The notes under the pieces are model-generated. The model did not search any database, was not told where the DNA came from, and saw nothing but the letters and a program-made list of their open reading frames with translations. A stretch of 64,000 nt of DNA from Myxococcota bacterium. GTDB taxonomy: Bacteria > Myxococcota_A > Polyangia > Nannocystales > Nannocystaceae. Numbering within the stretch: the stretch's first letter is position 1; each line of letters opens with the position of its first letter. The stretch covers positions 1 through 64,000 of the forward strand of contig JBCCHT010000042.1 in NCBI GenBank assembly GCA_039028615.1. The letters run 5' to 3'. Below, one piece after another: positions 18,824-28,108 of the stretch. A program made the translations under genes and the position numbers.

Positions 18824-18986
18824 GACTACGCCCCCACGAGTGTCGACCTCCCCTGAACCGATCGGCCGGGCGCCGAAAAAAATCCAACGCGGCTCGTCTC
18901 ATGCGAGTGCACACCCCGACGACGCTTCGTCCCCGCCCGGCCCGCCGAGAGCATCGTGCTCCCACGCTCATGGGCGACCAGCTGGC

Positions 18987-19026
18987 AGCGAAGCCGCGAA
19001 GGATGGAGGGGGAGGGTTCCAGCCGT
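18987..19026. repeat. Internally deleted mini-copy of the REP-like repeat core
   Basis: AGCGAAGCCGCGAAGGATGGAGGGGGAGGGTTCCAGCCGT equals unit-1 positions 10-35 (one substitution) joined to positions 111-124. Confidence 0.8.
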
Positions 19027-19049
19027 TGCCTGGAGCGGAACTCAGGTTC

Positions 19050-20204
19050 TCAACCCTCGCCCGCAAGCACCCCCAGCAACCGAGGCCAAACGCCCATTTG
19101 CTCGCACCGCCGCTTCACCCCGTCCAAGGTCCACTCTCCCTGCTCCCCCTTCCGATGCGCCCGCAACATCAAGTTCTTCGGCGTGTGCTCACTCCCCACG
19201 AACTCGATCACATCCACCTGATACCCACACCCCTCGAGTACCTCCACCCGCAACCCGTCCGTCAACAACGCCCCATACTCCCGTCGCATCATTCCCCCCC
19301 GGACGAGCGCCGAGACGGGAGCCACCGCGTCGGAGGCTCGCTGGAGCTGCTCCGCCAGCTCCCGCTGACAGCACGGCGCGGCCAAGATCGAGCGAGCGCC
19401 CGTGCGAACGGCCAGGGCCAGTGCATCGTCGGTCGCGGTGTCACAGGCATGCAGCGCCACGACCAAGTCCGGCGCCCCCCCGAGCGGCGTCTGGTCCAGC
19501 GTCACTTCCTCGATCGCCCCCGCGGAGAAGCTCAACCCGTCGAACCCGAGGGTCTTCGCTCGCTCCGTACACTGGTCGACCAGCTCCGCCCGCCGGTCGA
19601 CCCCATGCAGTCGTACGGGGACCTCGGCCAGCCGCAGCGCCTCGGCGAGCACGAAGTCGAGGTAGCCGTTGCCACATCCGAGGTCGAGCACGCGCAGCGG
19701 CTCTTCGGTGGTCGCGGGCCGCTGCGCGATGAGCTTTGACCACACCGGTCGGCACAGCTCGACGAAGTGATTGACCTGCTTGTACTTCTTGGCGCTACGG
19801 GCCGAGATGCTGCCGTCGGCGTTCATGATGCCGATGACTTGCAGCAGCTTCGCGCTCTCGTCGGGTCGCAGGGCGCGGTCCTTGCCCCCCATGACCTTGC
19901 GAGCGCGCGAGTCGTCGAGCTCGATGACTTTGGCTTTGCCGTAGCGGGCGTCGATGCGAACGCGGCGTCGGGCGTCGATGACTAGGGTCTGTTTGATCCG
20001 GCCCTCGCGGGCGGCCGCCTCGGCGGCGTCGAGCAGTGCGTCGATCACGGGTGTGGCGGGTGCGCCAGGTCCCGGCCCCTCCAAGACTCGGGATGAAGCG
20101 TCGTCTTCGCCCGCGCGCGCAAAGACGGCACGGGTCCAACCCGCACGGGCGTGACGGGCAAGGGACTTGCGCAAACGAGCGATTGCGGCGCTGCGAAGCT
20201 TCAT
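19050..20204 (-). CDS. Class I SAM-dependent methyltransferase (Methyltransf_32-like)
   Basis: Motifs KKYKQVNHF, VLDLGCGNGYL, VALHACDTATD, APCC and EHTPKN. Confidence 0.9.
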   Translation of the reverse strand: MKLRSAAIARLRKSLARHARAGWTRAVFARAGEDDASSRVLEGPGPGAPATPVIDALLDAAEAAAREGRIKQTLVIDARRRVRIDARYGKAKVIELDDSRARKVMGGKDRALRPDESAKLLQVIGIMNADGSISARSAKKYKQVNHFVELCRPVWSKLIAQRPATTEEPLRVLDLGCGNGYLDFVLAEALRLAEVPVRLHGVDRRAELVDQCTERAKTLGFDGLSFSAGAIEEVTLDQTPLGGAPDLVVALHACDTATDDALALAVRTGARSILAAPCCQRELAEQLQRASDAVAPVSALVRGGMMRREYGALLTDGLRVEVLEGCGYQVDVIEFVGSEHTPKNLMLRAHRKGEQGEWTLDGVKRRCEQMGVWPRLLGVLAGEG

Positions 20205-20288
20205 GTTTTTCCGGCCTGGAGCTGGGGTTTTCAGGTTGACGAGGTCGACAGCTAGCAGATCGGGACGCCTCGGGCCATAGTCCGCGTT

Positions 20289-21539
20289 GTGTCACGCGCT
20301 CACGCCCTGTTGCTCGAGAACGTTCACGCTTCGGCCTCCAAGACCCTGCAGGCGCACGGAGTCGAGGTTCGTCGCCAGTCCAAGGGCCTGGCGGAAGACG
20401 AGCTGATCGGAGCCCTCCACGATCTACCCGGTGATGGACCGGTGATGGTGGGGATTCGCAGCAAGACCCACATCACGCCGCGGGTGTTCGAGGAGGTCCC
20501 GCGCCTGACGGCGGTGGGAGCGTTCTGCATCGGCACGGACCAGATCGCGCTCGACGTGGCCCGCCGCCGCGGGGTGGCGGTGTTCAACGCCCCCTTCAGC
20601 AGCACACGCTCGGTGGCGGAGCTGGTGGTGGCCGAGGTGGTCATGCTGTCGCGCCAGATCTTCAGCCGCAGCACGGCCGCGCACGCGGGTCGCTGGGACA
20701 AGAGCGCGGTGGGAGCCCACGAGGTCCGCGCCAAGACGCTCGGGATCGTCGGCTACGGACACATCGGCAGCCAGGTCAGCATCCTGGCCGAGGCGTTCGG
20801 CATGCAGGTGATCTTCTACGACATCGACAAGCGCCTGCCGCTGGGCAACGCGAACGTCGTGGACAGCCTGAACGAGCTGCTGGAGCGCAGCGACTTCGTC
20901 AGCCTGCACGTGCCCGACACCGAGCTCACCCGCGGGATGATCGGTAAGGCGGAGCTCGACTCGATGCGCGACGGGGCCTGCCTGCTCAACCTGAGCCGGG
21001 GCAAGGTGGTGGACATCCCGGCCCTGCACGCGGCGCTGTCGAGCGGCAAGCTTTCGGGGGCGTCGATCGACGTGTATCCGAGCGAGCCCGCGAGCACCAA
21101 GGAGACCCTCGACACGGAGCTGCGCGGGCTCGACAACGTCATCCTCACCCCGCACATCGGCGGCAGCACCCAAGAGGCGCAGGCGAACATCGGCAACGAG
21201 GTCGCGACCGCGCTGGGCCGCTATCTCGACCTGGGCTCGACGCTCGGCGGGGTGACGCTGCCGCAGCTCGACCTGCCCTCGCCCGCCGCGAAGCGCCCGG
21301 GCCCGGTCAGCCGCATCGTCAACGTGCACGACAACGTGCCGGGCGTGCTGTCGGCGATCAACCAGGTCATCGCGCAGTCGGGGGTCAACATCATCGGCCA
21401 GGCGCTGGGCACCACCGACGAGGTCGGCCTGCTGTTCATCGACCTGCCGCTGGCGAGCGACGACGACCAGGCGGCGACGCTGCGCAAGGCGATCGCCGAC
21501 ATGGACACCAGCGTCCGCACTCGGCTGCTTCGTCTCTGA
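20289..21539 (+). CDS. serA: D-3-phosphoglycerate dehydrogenase with C-terminal ACT domain
   Basis: Motifs GIRSKT, FCIGTDQ, NAPFSSTRSVAE, GYGHIG, TPHIGGSTQEAQ and ACT-domain HDNVPGVL. Confidence 0.95.
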   Translation: MSRAHALLLENVHASASKTLQAHGVEVRRQSKGLAEDELIGALHDLPGDGPVMVGIRSKTHITPRVFEEVPRLTAVGAFCIGTDQIALDVARRRGVAVFNAPFSSTRSVAELVVAEVVMLSRQIFSRSTAAHAGRWDKSAVGAHEVRAKTLGIVGYGHIGSQVSILAEAFGMQVIFYDIDKRLPLGNANVVDSLNELLERSDFVSLHVPDTELTRGMIGKAELDSMRDGACLLNLSRGKVVDIPALHAALSSGKLSGASIDVYPSEPASTKETLDTELRGLDNVILTPHIGGSTQEAQANIGNEVATALGRYLDLGSTLGGVTLPQLDLPSPAAKRPGPVSRIVNVHDNVPGVLSAINQVIAQSGVNIIGQALGTTDEVGLLFIDLPLASDDDQAATLRKAIADMDTSVRTRLLRL

Positions 21540-21560
21540 CGTCGACGTAGACTCGGCGCT

Positions 21561-21603
21561 CGTGGCGTGCTCACCGAAGGGGGGTCACGCCACGGCTCGT
21601 TTG
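21561..21603 (+). terminator. Possible intrinsic terminator hairpin after serA
   Basis: CGTGGCGTG (21561-21569) pairs with CACGCCACG (21586-21594), followed by only a short T run. Confidence 0.35.
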
Positions 21604-21878
21604 TGCGATCGAGCCGTTTCGTCGACGGTGTTGCTCAGCCTACGCGACTGTCACGAGTGAGCGGCTCGGTGTCGCTTGGCGCCGAATCGAAGTGTGCATC
21701 GTGTAGCCCGGCTCGCTCGTCGATCTACGCCATCGTTGCGGCTCAATGTAGGGTTACGTCGTACGGGCATACGAACGTCGCCAACGCTAACGCTATAGCG
21801 TATGCTGACCACTCTTCACCCGGTGCATCCGTTGATTGGCCAACGCGATGCATCGGCGGGGACTTCACGGGTGGGCTC

Positions 21879-23588
21879 ATGACGACGACGAAGTTTGGGG
21901 CGTGGCTGACGTGCGGCTTGATGCTGTTTGCGTGCGGAGATGATGGCGGCGAGGCGACCACGGATCCGTGGCAGCCGACCGAAGGGGCCCTGCCGAGCGG
22001 CTCGCCCACCGACGGCAACGAGGGAGACACCGACAATCCGCCCGGGGGCGGGACGGGCAATGACGACGATGACGGTGCGACCGATGACGGCCTCGACAGC
22101 TCCGACGATGGCTCCGAGCCCCCGCCCGCGGGCGTGCTCGCCGGGGACATCGCGGTGGACACCATCGAGGTCAACCAGGGCGTCGGCATCGAGATCGCCC
22201 GCACGGGCGAGGTCTTGCCCACCAACAGCCGCGTCGCGCCCGTCATCGGCGGACGCCCGGCCCTGGTGCGAGCGTCGTATCAGCTGGCCCCCAGCTTCAC
22301 GTCGCGGCCGATCGTCGGCCGCCTGTGGCTGGTCAACGGCCCCGACGATCACGATGTCTATACCGAGCAGCGCATGGTCTCGGGTGGACCCGACTGGGGC
22401 GACATCGACGGCACCTTCCACTGGATCGTGGCCCCCGAAGATCTGACCGCGGACACCGAGTTCCGGGTGCAGTTCCTCGAAGTCGACGAGTCGGGCGAGC
22501 CCAGCGGCGACACCAGCGGCTCGGAGCTCCCGGCCGGGGACTTCGCTCCGCTCGACGCCTGGGGTGACCGCATGGTGCTCGAGGTCATGCTCGTGCCCTT
22601 CGATTGCAGCGGCTGGCCGCAGCTCGATCTCAGCCCCGACAACATCGCGGACTTCGAGGCGTTCCTCTTCAACACCTACCCGGTGCAAGAACTCGAGCTG
22701 ACCGTGCACGAGCCGGTCTTCTCCAACAGTTGCGACGCCTTCTATGCGGCCGAGGACGAGCTGCCCGCGCTGCGCCAGTCCGAAGGCGCCGACCCCTGGG
22801 TCTACTACGGCGGCCTGCTGCCGGGGAACGGCGGCGGCTACTCCATCTCCATCCAGGGCAGCGACCAGATGGACTACCGCCGGACCTTCGCCAACCACAC
22901 CTGGCGGGACTACGGGCTGACCTTCGACCTGTTCGCCCACGAGCTCGGCCACAACCACGGGCGCGATCACACCTTCGAAGACGGCTCGTATCCCGGCGAC
23001 AACGGGGGCAGCTGCGGGTCGATCTCCACCTACGGCTGGGGCCCACGCTCGGGGTCCATGCCCAGCTCCGCGTTCAGCAACGACAAGGATATCGGCATCT
23101 CGTGGTTCGACCCCCACGACACCCTGCTGTGGCCCACCGACGCGTCGTGCGGGGGCCTGCCCGAGGGCAATCGTTGGAACTTCAACGACATGATGAGCTA
23201 CGAGTATCCGTACTGGGTCAGCGCGTACACGTACGCGGCAGCGGCGGAGCGGGTGCGACTCATCTCGAGTTGGTCGAACGGCAACGCGCCCGAGGGCGAA
23301 GGCGGACAGACCCTGCGCCTGGTGCTCGGACCCGAGGGCGACGTGCATCGCTTCGAGCACCCGGGAGTGATCACCGTCGACGATCCCGAGGCGTGGGCGA
23401 TCTGCTCGGGGCCCGACGGCGAGCAGCGGGTGCCCGTGCGCCGTGGATCGTCGCAGCGGGAGTTCCGAGGGGAGCGGGGGCAGCTACGATCGTTCCGCTA
23501 CGACACCTACGAGCTGCCCGTGCCCGACGGCTTCGATGCGAGCGGCTGCCGACTCGAGGGTTCGAGCACGTCGTTCATGGCCGAATGA
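21879..23588 (+). CDS. Zincin metalloprotease lipoprotein (M66-like)
   Basis: Lipobox LFAC, acidic linker, IEVNQGV Ig-like start, HELGHNHGRDH zinc motif and NDMMSY Met-turn. Confidence 0.85.
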   Translation: MTTTKFGAWLTCGLMLFACGDDGGEATTDPWQPTEGALPSGSPTDGNEGDTDNPPGGGTGNDDDDGATDDGLDSSDDGSEPPPAGVLAGDIAVDTIEVNQGVGIEIARTGEVLPTNSRVAPVIGGRPALVRASYQLAPSFTSRPIVGRLWLVNGPDDHDVYTEQRMVSGGPDWGDIDGTFHWIVAPEDLTADTEFRVQFLEVDESGEPSGDTSGSELPAGDFAPLDAWGDRMVLEVMLVPFDCSGWPQLDLSPDNIADFEAFLFNTYPVQELELTVHEPVFSNSCDAFYAAEDELPALRQSEGADPWVYYGGLLPGNGGGYSISIQGSDQMDYRRTFANHTWRDYGLTFDLFAHELGHNHGRDHTFEDGSYPGDNGGSCGSISTYGWGPRSGSMPSSAFSNDKDIGISWFDPHDTLLWPTDASCGGLPEGNRWNFNDMMSYEYPYWVSAYTYAAAAERVRLISSWSNGNAPEGEGGQTLRLVLGPEGDVHRFEHPGVITVDDPEAWAICSGPDGEQRVPVRRGSSQREFRGERGQLRSFRYDTYELPVPDGFDASGCRLEGSSTSFMAE

Positions 23589-23609
23589 TCGGCGCCCGAC
23601 GGCGCGGCC

Positions 23610-24461
23610 TCACTGGAAGCGCAGCCGCAGGTAGCCGCCGACGGACAGATCCCAGGGCACGACGCCCGCGGGCGGTCGGTGGTCGTAGTTGGCCTGCAGC
23701 TCGCTCCCCAGCGCGAAGATCGGGGTCACGGCGGACTCGAGCTGCAGGTGCTGGAGCACGCGGACGTCGGCGAAGTCGTCGAAGCGAGGTTGGACATAGA
23801 CCGTGTCTCGGATCGCGAGGCGGCCGTCTTCGACGGGAGACAGGTGGATGACGCCGTAGCTCGTCCAGCGATGGTTGACGACCCGAGCGGGGTGCGGGTC
23901 GCCCTCGAGGGTGTCGTTGACCTCGTACTCGGGCATGTAGCCGCTGCCGAACCAAACGCGGATCGGGGCCCGATGCACGGCGTCGACCCGGACTCCGAGC
24001 CCGGTGACCACCCGCAGGCGCAGCCGCATGCGCGCGTCGTACTGACCCTGGAGGAACACGTCGGTGCCCACCCGGGGGATCCACATGCGGGTGTATCGCG
24101 TGTGCCCGAAGGCGCGGGACACGAAGGTATTGGCCTGCATACGGACGAAGCCCCCCGCGACGGTGGTCAGCCAGCGATCGCGGAAGAAGGGCGGGGCCCC
24201 AGGCGGGGGCACGCGGCGGCCGAACCCGACCCCTTCGGGGTGGTGACTCATCAGCTTCACCGCGCCGCCGTATCCGATGTCGAGGCGGCGGACGTTGCCC
24301 ACGGATCCGTTGGCCCGGGCATCGACGCTCCCGCTCCAGCCCTCTGTGTCCGAGTCGGTCCGTAGGTTCTCGGCGTTCACGGGGCTCGCCGCGGTGTCCT
24401 GCGCCCAGAGGCTCCACGCCATGACCACTCCCAGCAGCACCCCCCATTTCGGACGAGCCAT
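23610..24461 (-). CDS. DUF481-like outer-membrane beta-barrel protein
   Basis: Signal peptide, VNAENLR..GWSG start, NGSVGN, alternating beta strands, YVQPRFDDF and C-terminal LRLRFQ. Confidence 0.75.
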   Translation of the reverse strand: MARPKWGVLLGVVMAWSLWAQDTAASPVNAENLRTDSDTEGWSGSVDARANGSVGNVRRLDIGYGGAVKLMSHHPEGVGFGRRVPPPGAPPFFRDRWLTTVAGGFVRMQANTFVSRAFGHTRYTRMWIPRVGTDVFLQGQYDARMRLRLRVVTGLGVRVDAVHRAPIRVWFGSGYMPEYEVNDTLEGDPHPARVVNHRWTSYGVIHLSPVEDGRLAIRDTVYVQPRFDDFADVRVLQHLQLESAVTPIFALGSELQANYDHRPPAGVVPWDLSVGGYLRLRFQ

Positions 24462-24480
24462 GGGGTCACGTTGCTCGTCG

Positions 24481-24497
24481 ATTGATGATGCAGCAAT
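24481..24497. promoter_or_regulatory. Candidate LysR-type binding site (T-N11-A within an ATTG-N9-CAAT dyad)
   Basis: ATTGATGATGCAGCAAT lies in the AT-rich divergent gap between the DUF481 gene and the LysR gene. Confidence 0.45.
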
Positions 24498-24515
24498 ATT
24501 AACTCCCGAAATCCA

Positions 24516-25487
24516 ATGTTGCGCTCGATTGAATCTTCGGATCTCGCCTCGCTGTTGGCCTTGGATGCGCTCCTCCAGGAGCAGAGCGTCACGGGGGCGG
24601 CACGCCAGCTCGGCATCTCCACTCCCGCGGCCAGCCATGCACTCGCTCGCCTGCGGGCTCGGTTCAACGACGAACTGCTCGTGCGGGCGGGGCGAACGAT
24701 GGTGCTGACCCCTCGCGCCCACGAGCTGCGCGACCGCGTGCGCGATGCGATCGCCACCGCCGATCGGGTGTTCGAGGACCCGGAGGCCTTCGACCCGGCG
24801 ACCATGGAGCAGGCGCTCACGCTGAGCGCCACCGACTACGTGCTGCTGGTGCTCGGCCAGCACCTCGAGGCGGCCGTGGGCAACGCGGCACCGGGCCTGG
24901 AGCTGCGGGTGGTGCCCAACGCCACCAACGACGGCGAGCTGCTGCGAACCGGCGAGACCGACCTGGCCATCGGGATCTACGGAGACCTGCCTCCCGAGCT
25001 CAAGACCCGCCCCATCATCACCGATCGGCTCGTGTGCGTCGTACGGCAGGACCACCCCACCGTGCGCCAGCGCCTCACGCTCAAGCAGTTCGCTCGGCTC
25101 GAGCACATCCAGATCGCGCCGCGCGGGCGCCCGGGCGGCTATGTCGACGAGCTGCTGGCGGAGCGCGGGCTCCAGCGCCGGGTGACGCGTGCGGTGCCCT
25201 ACTTCCACGTGGCGCTCGAGATGGTGGCCAGCTCCGATCGCGTGCTGACGGTGTCCGAGCGCATCGCTCGACGGTCGGCCGACACGCTGCGCTTGCGGCT
25301 GCTCGAGCCGCCCCTGCCCCTGCAGCCCTTTGCGCTGAGCCTGGTCTGGCACCCGCGCCGCGATGGCGATCGCGGCCACGCCTGGCTGCGGGAGCGCTTG
25401 GTCCAGGCCTCGACCGCCCTCGACGCCACGCGTCACCCCCGGGCCCGACGACGGCTGAGCAAGACCGACGCGACGGGCAAGCCCTGA
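24516..25487 (+). CDS. LysR family transcriptional regulator (NodD/MexT-like)
   Basis: HTH LDALLQEQSVTGAARQLGISTPAASHALARLRARFNDELLVR and C-terminal LVWHPRRDGD..HAWLR. Confidence 0.95.
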   Translation: MLRSIESSDLASLLALDALLQEQSVTGAARQLGISTPAASHALARLRARFNDELLVRAGRTMVLTPRAHELRDRVRDAIATADRVFEDPEAFDPATMEQALTLSATDYVLLVLGQHLEAAVGNAAPGLELRVVPNATNDGELLRTGETDLAIGIYGDLPPELKTRPIITDRLVCVVRQDHPTVRQRLTLKQFARLEHIQIAPRGRPGGYVDELLAERGLQRRVTRAVPYFHVALEMVASSDRVLTVSERIARRSADTLRLRLLEPPLPLQPFALSLVWHPRRDGDRGHAWLRERLVQASTALDATRHPRARRRLSKTDATGKP

Positions 25488-25581
25488 ACCCAATAGTTAA
25501 CTTTCGTGCAAGTATAAGTGTATCCGTGTTCGATTGTCGCAATGTTCAGCCGTGGACATAGTGACCGTCGAGGCGCGAACC

Positions 25582-26328
25582 ATGAGCGGAAACATCAACG
25601 TCACCAATCCCGACAAGAAGAAGCGAATCCTGATCGTTGCGGCGAATCCGTCGACGTCGACGGTCACGAAGTGGCCCATCGGTTTTTGGTGGGCCGAGCT
25701 GACGCACCCGTTTTGGGTCTTTACCGAGGCGGGCTACGACGTGGAGATCCGCAGCCCACAGGGCGGCGCCTTGGCGGGCGACAGCTTCAGCGACCCCGAG
25801 GACGACAGCGGCTACTCCGCCCACGACATCGTTAGCCTGGGCTTCAAGAAGTCCGACCGGCATCGCGGGCTCGTCGAAGACACCAAGAGCATCGCCGACG
25901 TGAACGTCGACGCCTACGACGCGGTCTTCCTGGTCGGCGGGCAGTCGCCGATGTTCACCTTCAAGGGCAACACCGAGCTCCAGAGCCTGGTGGCTCGCTT
26001 CTACGAGGCGGGCAAGATCACCGCGGTGGTCTGCCACGCGACCTGCGTGCTGCTGGAGACCAAGCTGTCCTCGGGCGAGCTGCTGGTCAACGGCAAGACC
26101 TGGACCGGCTTCGCGAACGCGGAAGAGAAGTTCGCGGACGACTTCGTAGGCACCCGCATCCAGCCGTTTTGGATCGAGGACGAGGCCCGGAAGATCGAAG
26201 GCACCAACTTCGTGGTCGACCAGATGTTCCGCGAGTTCGCGGTCCGCGACGGTCACCTCGTCACCGGTCAGCAGCAATACTCGGGCGCGGCCGCGGCCCG
26301 CCTCGTCGTCGAGGCCCTCGGGCGCTAG
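25582..26328 (+). CDS. DJ-1/PfpI (Hsp31-like, class I glutamine amidotransferase-like) protein
   Basis: Motifs GFWWAELTHP, YDAVFLVGGQSPM, AVVCHA and VRDGHLVTGQ. Confidence 0.92.
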   Translation: MSGNINVTNPDKKKRILIVAANPSTSTVTKWPIGFWWAELTHPFWVFTEAGYDVEIRSPQGGALAGDSFSDPEDDSGYSAHDIVSLGFKKSDRHRGLVEDTKSIADVNVDAYDAVFLVGGQSPMFTFKGNTELQSLVARFYEAGKITAVVCHATCVLLETKLSSGELLVNGKTWTGFANAEEKFADDFVGTRIQPFWIEDEARKIEGTNFVVDQMFREFAVRDGHLVTGQQQYSGAAAARLVVEALGR

Positions 26329-26342
26329 GAAGGACCACGGCG

Positions 26343-26846
26343 ATGACTCCGGACGACTTCGTCGCGCTCGCGCTCGCCAACCCGATGCACAGCGGCAAGG
26401 CCCAGTACGGCTACTCGATGCGGGTAGCGTCGGACAACCGCAACCCGCCCGGTGTCATCGCCCTGACCTGGATCACGGGCAAGGACGACTCGGAGCGCGA
26501 TCGCATCCGAGCGCACTCCAAGCAGAACGTGCAGAACTTCCTCGAGGAGCCCGGCTTCATCTCCATCGTCACGGGCTTCATCGGCCTGCGGGGCTTCACC
26601 GTCACCGCGTGGGAAGACGAAGACGCGATGAAGCGCGCGCTGGGGCGACACCACGCGCAGGCGATGCGAGAGTTGTTCGGCGAGGACTTCGTGGCGAGCG
26701 TGTGGACCAGCGTGTGGACCCCGACCCGGATGAACCGCATGTGGGTGCGCTGCACCGCGTGCTCGTCGCTGCAAGACGTCGACGATGATCATCGCGAGTG
26801 CACGGAGTGCAGCGCGGCTCTGCCCGAGCGGCCCTCCTTTTGGTAG
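26343..26846 (+). CDS. Hypothetical protein: dimeric alpha/beta-barrel-like domain plus C-terminal Zn ribbon
   Basis: PGFIS..TVTAWEDEDAM..HAQAM resembles ABM/DUF3291 folds. C-terminal CTAC...CTEC. RBS GGAAGGA upstream. Confidence 0.65.
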   Translation: MTPDDFVALALANPMHSGKAQYGYSMRVASDNRNPPGVIALTWITGKDDSERDRIRAHSKQNVQNFLEEPGFISIVTGFIGLRGFTVTAWEDEDAMKRALGRHHAQAMRELFGEDFVASVWTSVWTPTRMNRMWVRCTACSSLQDVDDDHRECTECSAALPERPSFW

Positions 26847-26861
26847 CCAGAGGTGAAAACG

Positions 26862-27491
26862 ATGAAGATAGCCATCCTGGGCGCAGGAAATGTGGGCACG
26901 ACCCTCGGTCGTCGCTTCGTGGATGCGGGGCACGAGGTCGTCTACGCGGTCCGTAATCCGCTGGCGCCGAAGTCCGCGAGCTTGGCCGGGGAACGCACGG
27001 AGGTGCTGGCCGTGCCCGAGGCGGTGGCGGCGGCCGAAGTCGTGCTGTTGTCGACGCCCTGGCCCGCCACCGAGGCCGCACTCGCGGCGGCCGGAGACTT
27101 CGGCGGCAAGCCGCTGCTCGACGCCACCAACCCCATCGGTCCCGGCCTCACGCTGACCCACGGACACGACGACTCGGGCGCAGAGCAGGTGCAGCGCTGG
27201 GCTCGGGGCGCGCGCGTGGTCAAGGTGTTCAACAGCACCGGTCGCGAGAACATGGCCGACCCGGCCTACCCGGAGGGGCCCGCGGCGATGTTCCTGTGCG
27301 GCGACGACGACGACGCCTGCGAGACCGCGCGTACGCTGTGCGAGGCCCTGGGCTTCGAGCCCGTGCGGGTGGGGGGCCTGGCGCGAGCGCGGGTGCTCGA
27401 GCCGGCCGCGATGCTGTGGATTCAGCTGGCCGCCGTACTCGGGCACGGCCGCGACATCGCATTCGGATTGCTGAGGAGGGAAGATCGATGA
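26862..27491 (+). CDS. F420-dependent NADP oxidoreductase family protein (copy 1)
   Basis: Motifs GAGNVG, LLDATNP, SGAE, VVKVFN, CGDD and LEP. Confidence 0.9.
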   Translation: MKIAILGAGNVGTTLGRRFVDAGHEVVYAVRNPLAPKSASLAGERTEVLAVPEAVAAAEVVLLSTPWPATEAALAAAGDFGGKPLLDATNPIGPGLTLTHGHDDSGAEQVQRWARGARVVKVFNSTGRENMADPAYPEGPAAMFLCGDDDDACETARTLCEALGFEPVRVGGLARARVLEPAAMLWIQLAAVLGHGRDIAFGLLRREDR

Positions 27492-28108
27492 AGATCGCGA
27501 TCATCGGAACGGGGAGGATCGGAGCCGGGCTCGGGCGGGCGTGGTCTCGCGCGGGTCACCAGGTGGTCTTCGGGGCCAGGGATCCGGCCAAGCCCGAGGT
27601 GGTGGACCTGGCGGCGTCGTTGTCGGCCACGGTGCGGCCGCTCGACTCGGCGACGGAGGGGGCCACGGTGGTCGTGCTCGCCGTGCCTCATCCCGCGCTC
27701 GAGGACGTGCTGTCGGCCATCGGCCCCGACGCGGGTGCCATCGTCATCGACTGCACCAACGCCGTGCAGCGCGGCATGACCCTGCGCCACGGTCATACGA
27801 CCTCGGCCGCCGAGCTGCTCCAGACCCGGCTCCCCCAGACGCGGGTTTTCAAGTCGTTCAACGCCCAGGGAGCCGAGAACCTCGCCGATCCCGTCTACCA
27901 GGGCGTGCGAGCCTCGAACTTCTTCTGTGGTGACGATGCCGAGGCCGCGTCGGTGGTCGAGTCGTTGATCGAAGACGTCGGGTTCGAGGCCGTGAACGCG
28001 GGCCCGCTGAAGAACGCCCGCTTGCTGGAGCCCATGATGATCCTGTGGGTCACCGCCGCGCAGGCGCTCGGCACCCGCGACCTGGCCTTCAAGCTGATGA
28101 GGCGATGA
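27488..28108 (+). CDS. F420-dependent NADP oxidoreductase family protein (copy 2)
   Basis: Motifs GTGRIG, VIDCTN, SAAE, VFKSFN, CGDD and LLEP. ATGA overlap with copy 1. Confidence 0.9.
   Translation: MKIAIIGTGRIGAGLGRAWSRAGHQVVFGARDPAKPEVVDLAASLSATVRPLDSATEGATVVVLAVPHPALEDVLSAIGPDAGAIVIDCTNAVQRGMTLRHGHTTSAAELLQTRLPQTRVFKSFNAQGAENLADPVYQGVRASNFFCGDDAEAASVVESLIEDVGFEAVNAGPLKNARLLEPMMILWVTAAQALGTRDLAFKLMRR

Noticed and set aside
17319..19049. Small RiPP precursor ORF beside the radical SAM gene
   Set aside because: Candidate short ORFs overlap the rSAM gene or the repeat remnant and lack leader-like or xYG core features.
19050..20204. Methyltransferase as a RiPP tailoring enzyme for the rSAM gene
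   Set aside because: It belongs to a widespread standalone family and is separated from the rSAM gene by a 226-bp gap containing a repeat remnant. Nothing supports a functional link.
21540..21878. ncRNA or riboswitch in longer intergenic gaps (also 30991-31232, 41205-41377, 60840-61058)
   Set aside because: Only isolated GC-rich hairpins are present, with no recognisable tRNA, riboswitch or sRNA consensus by eye.
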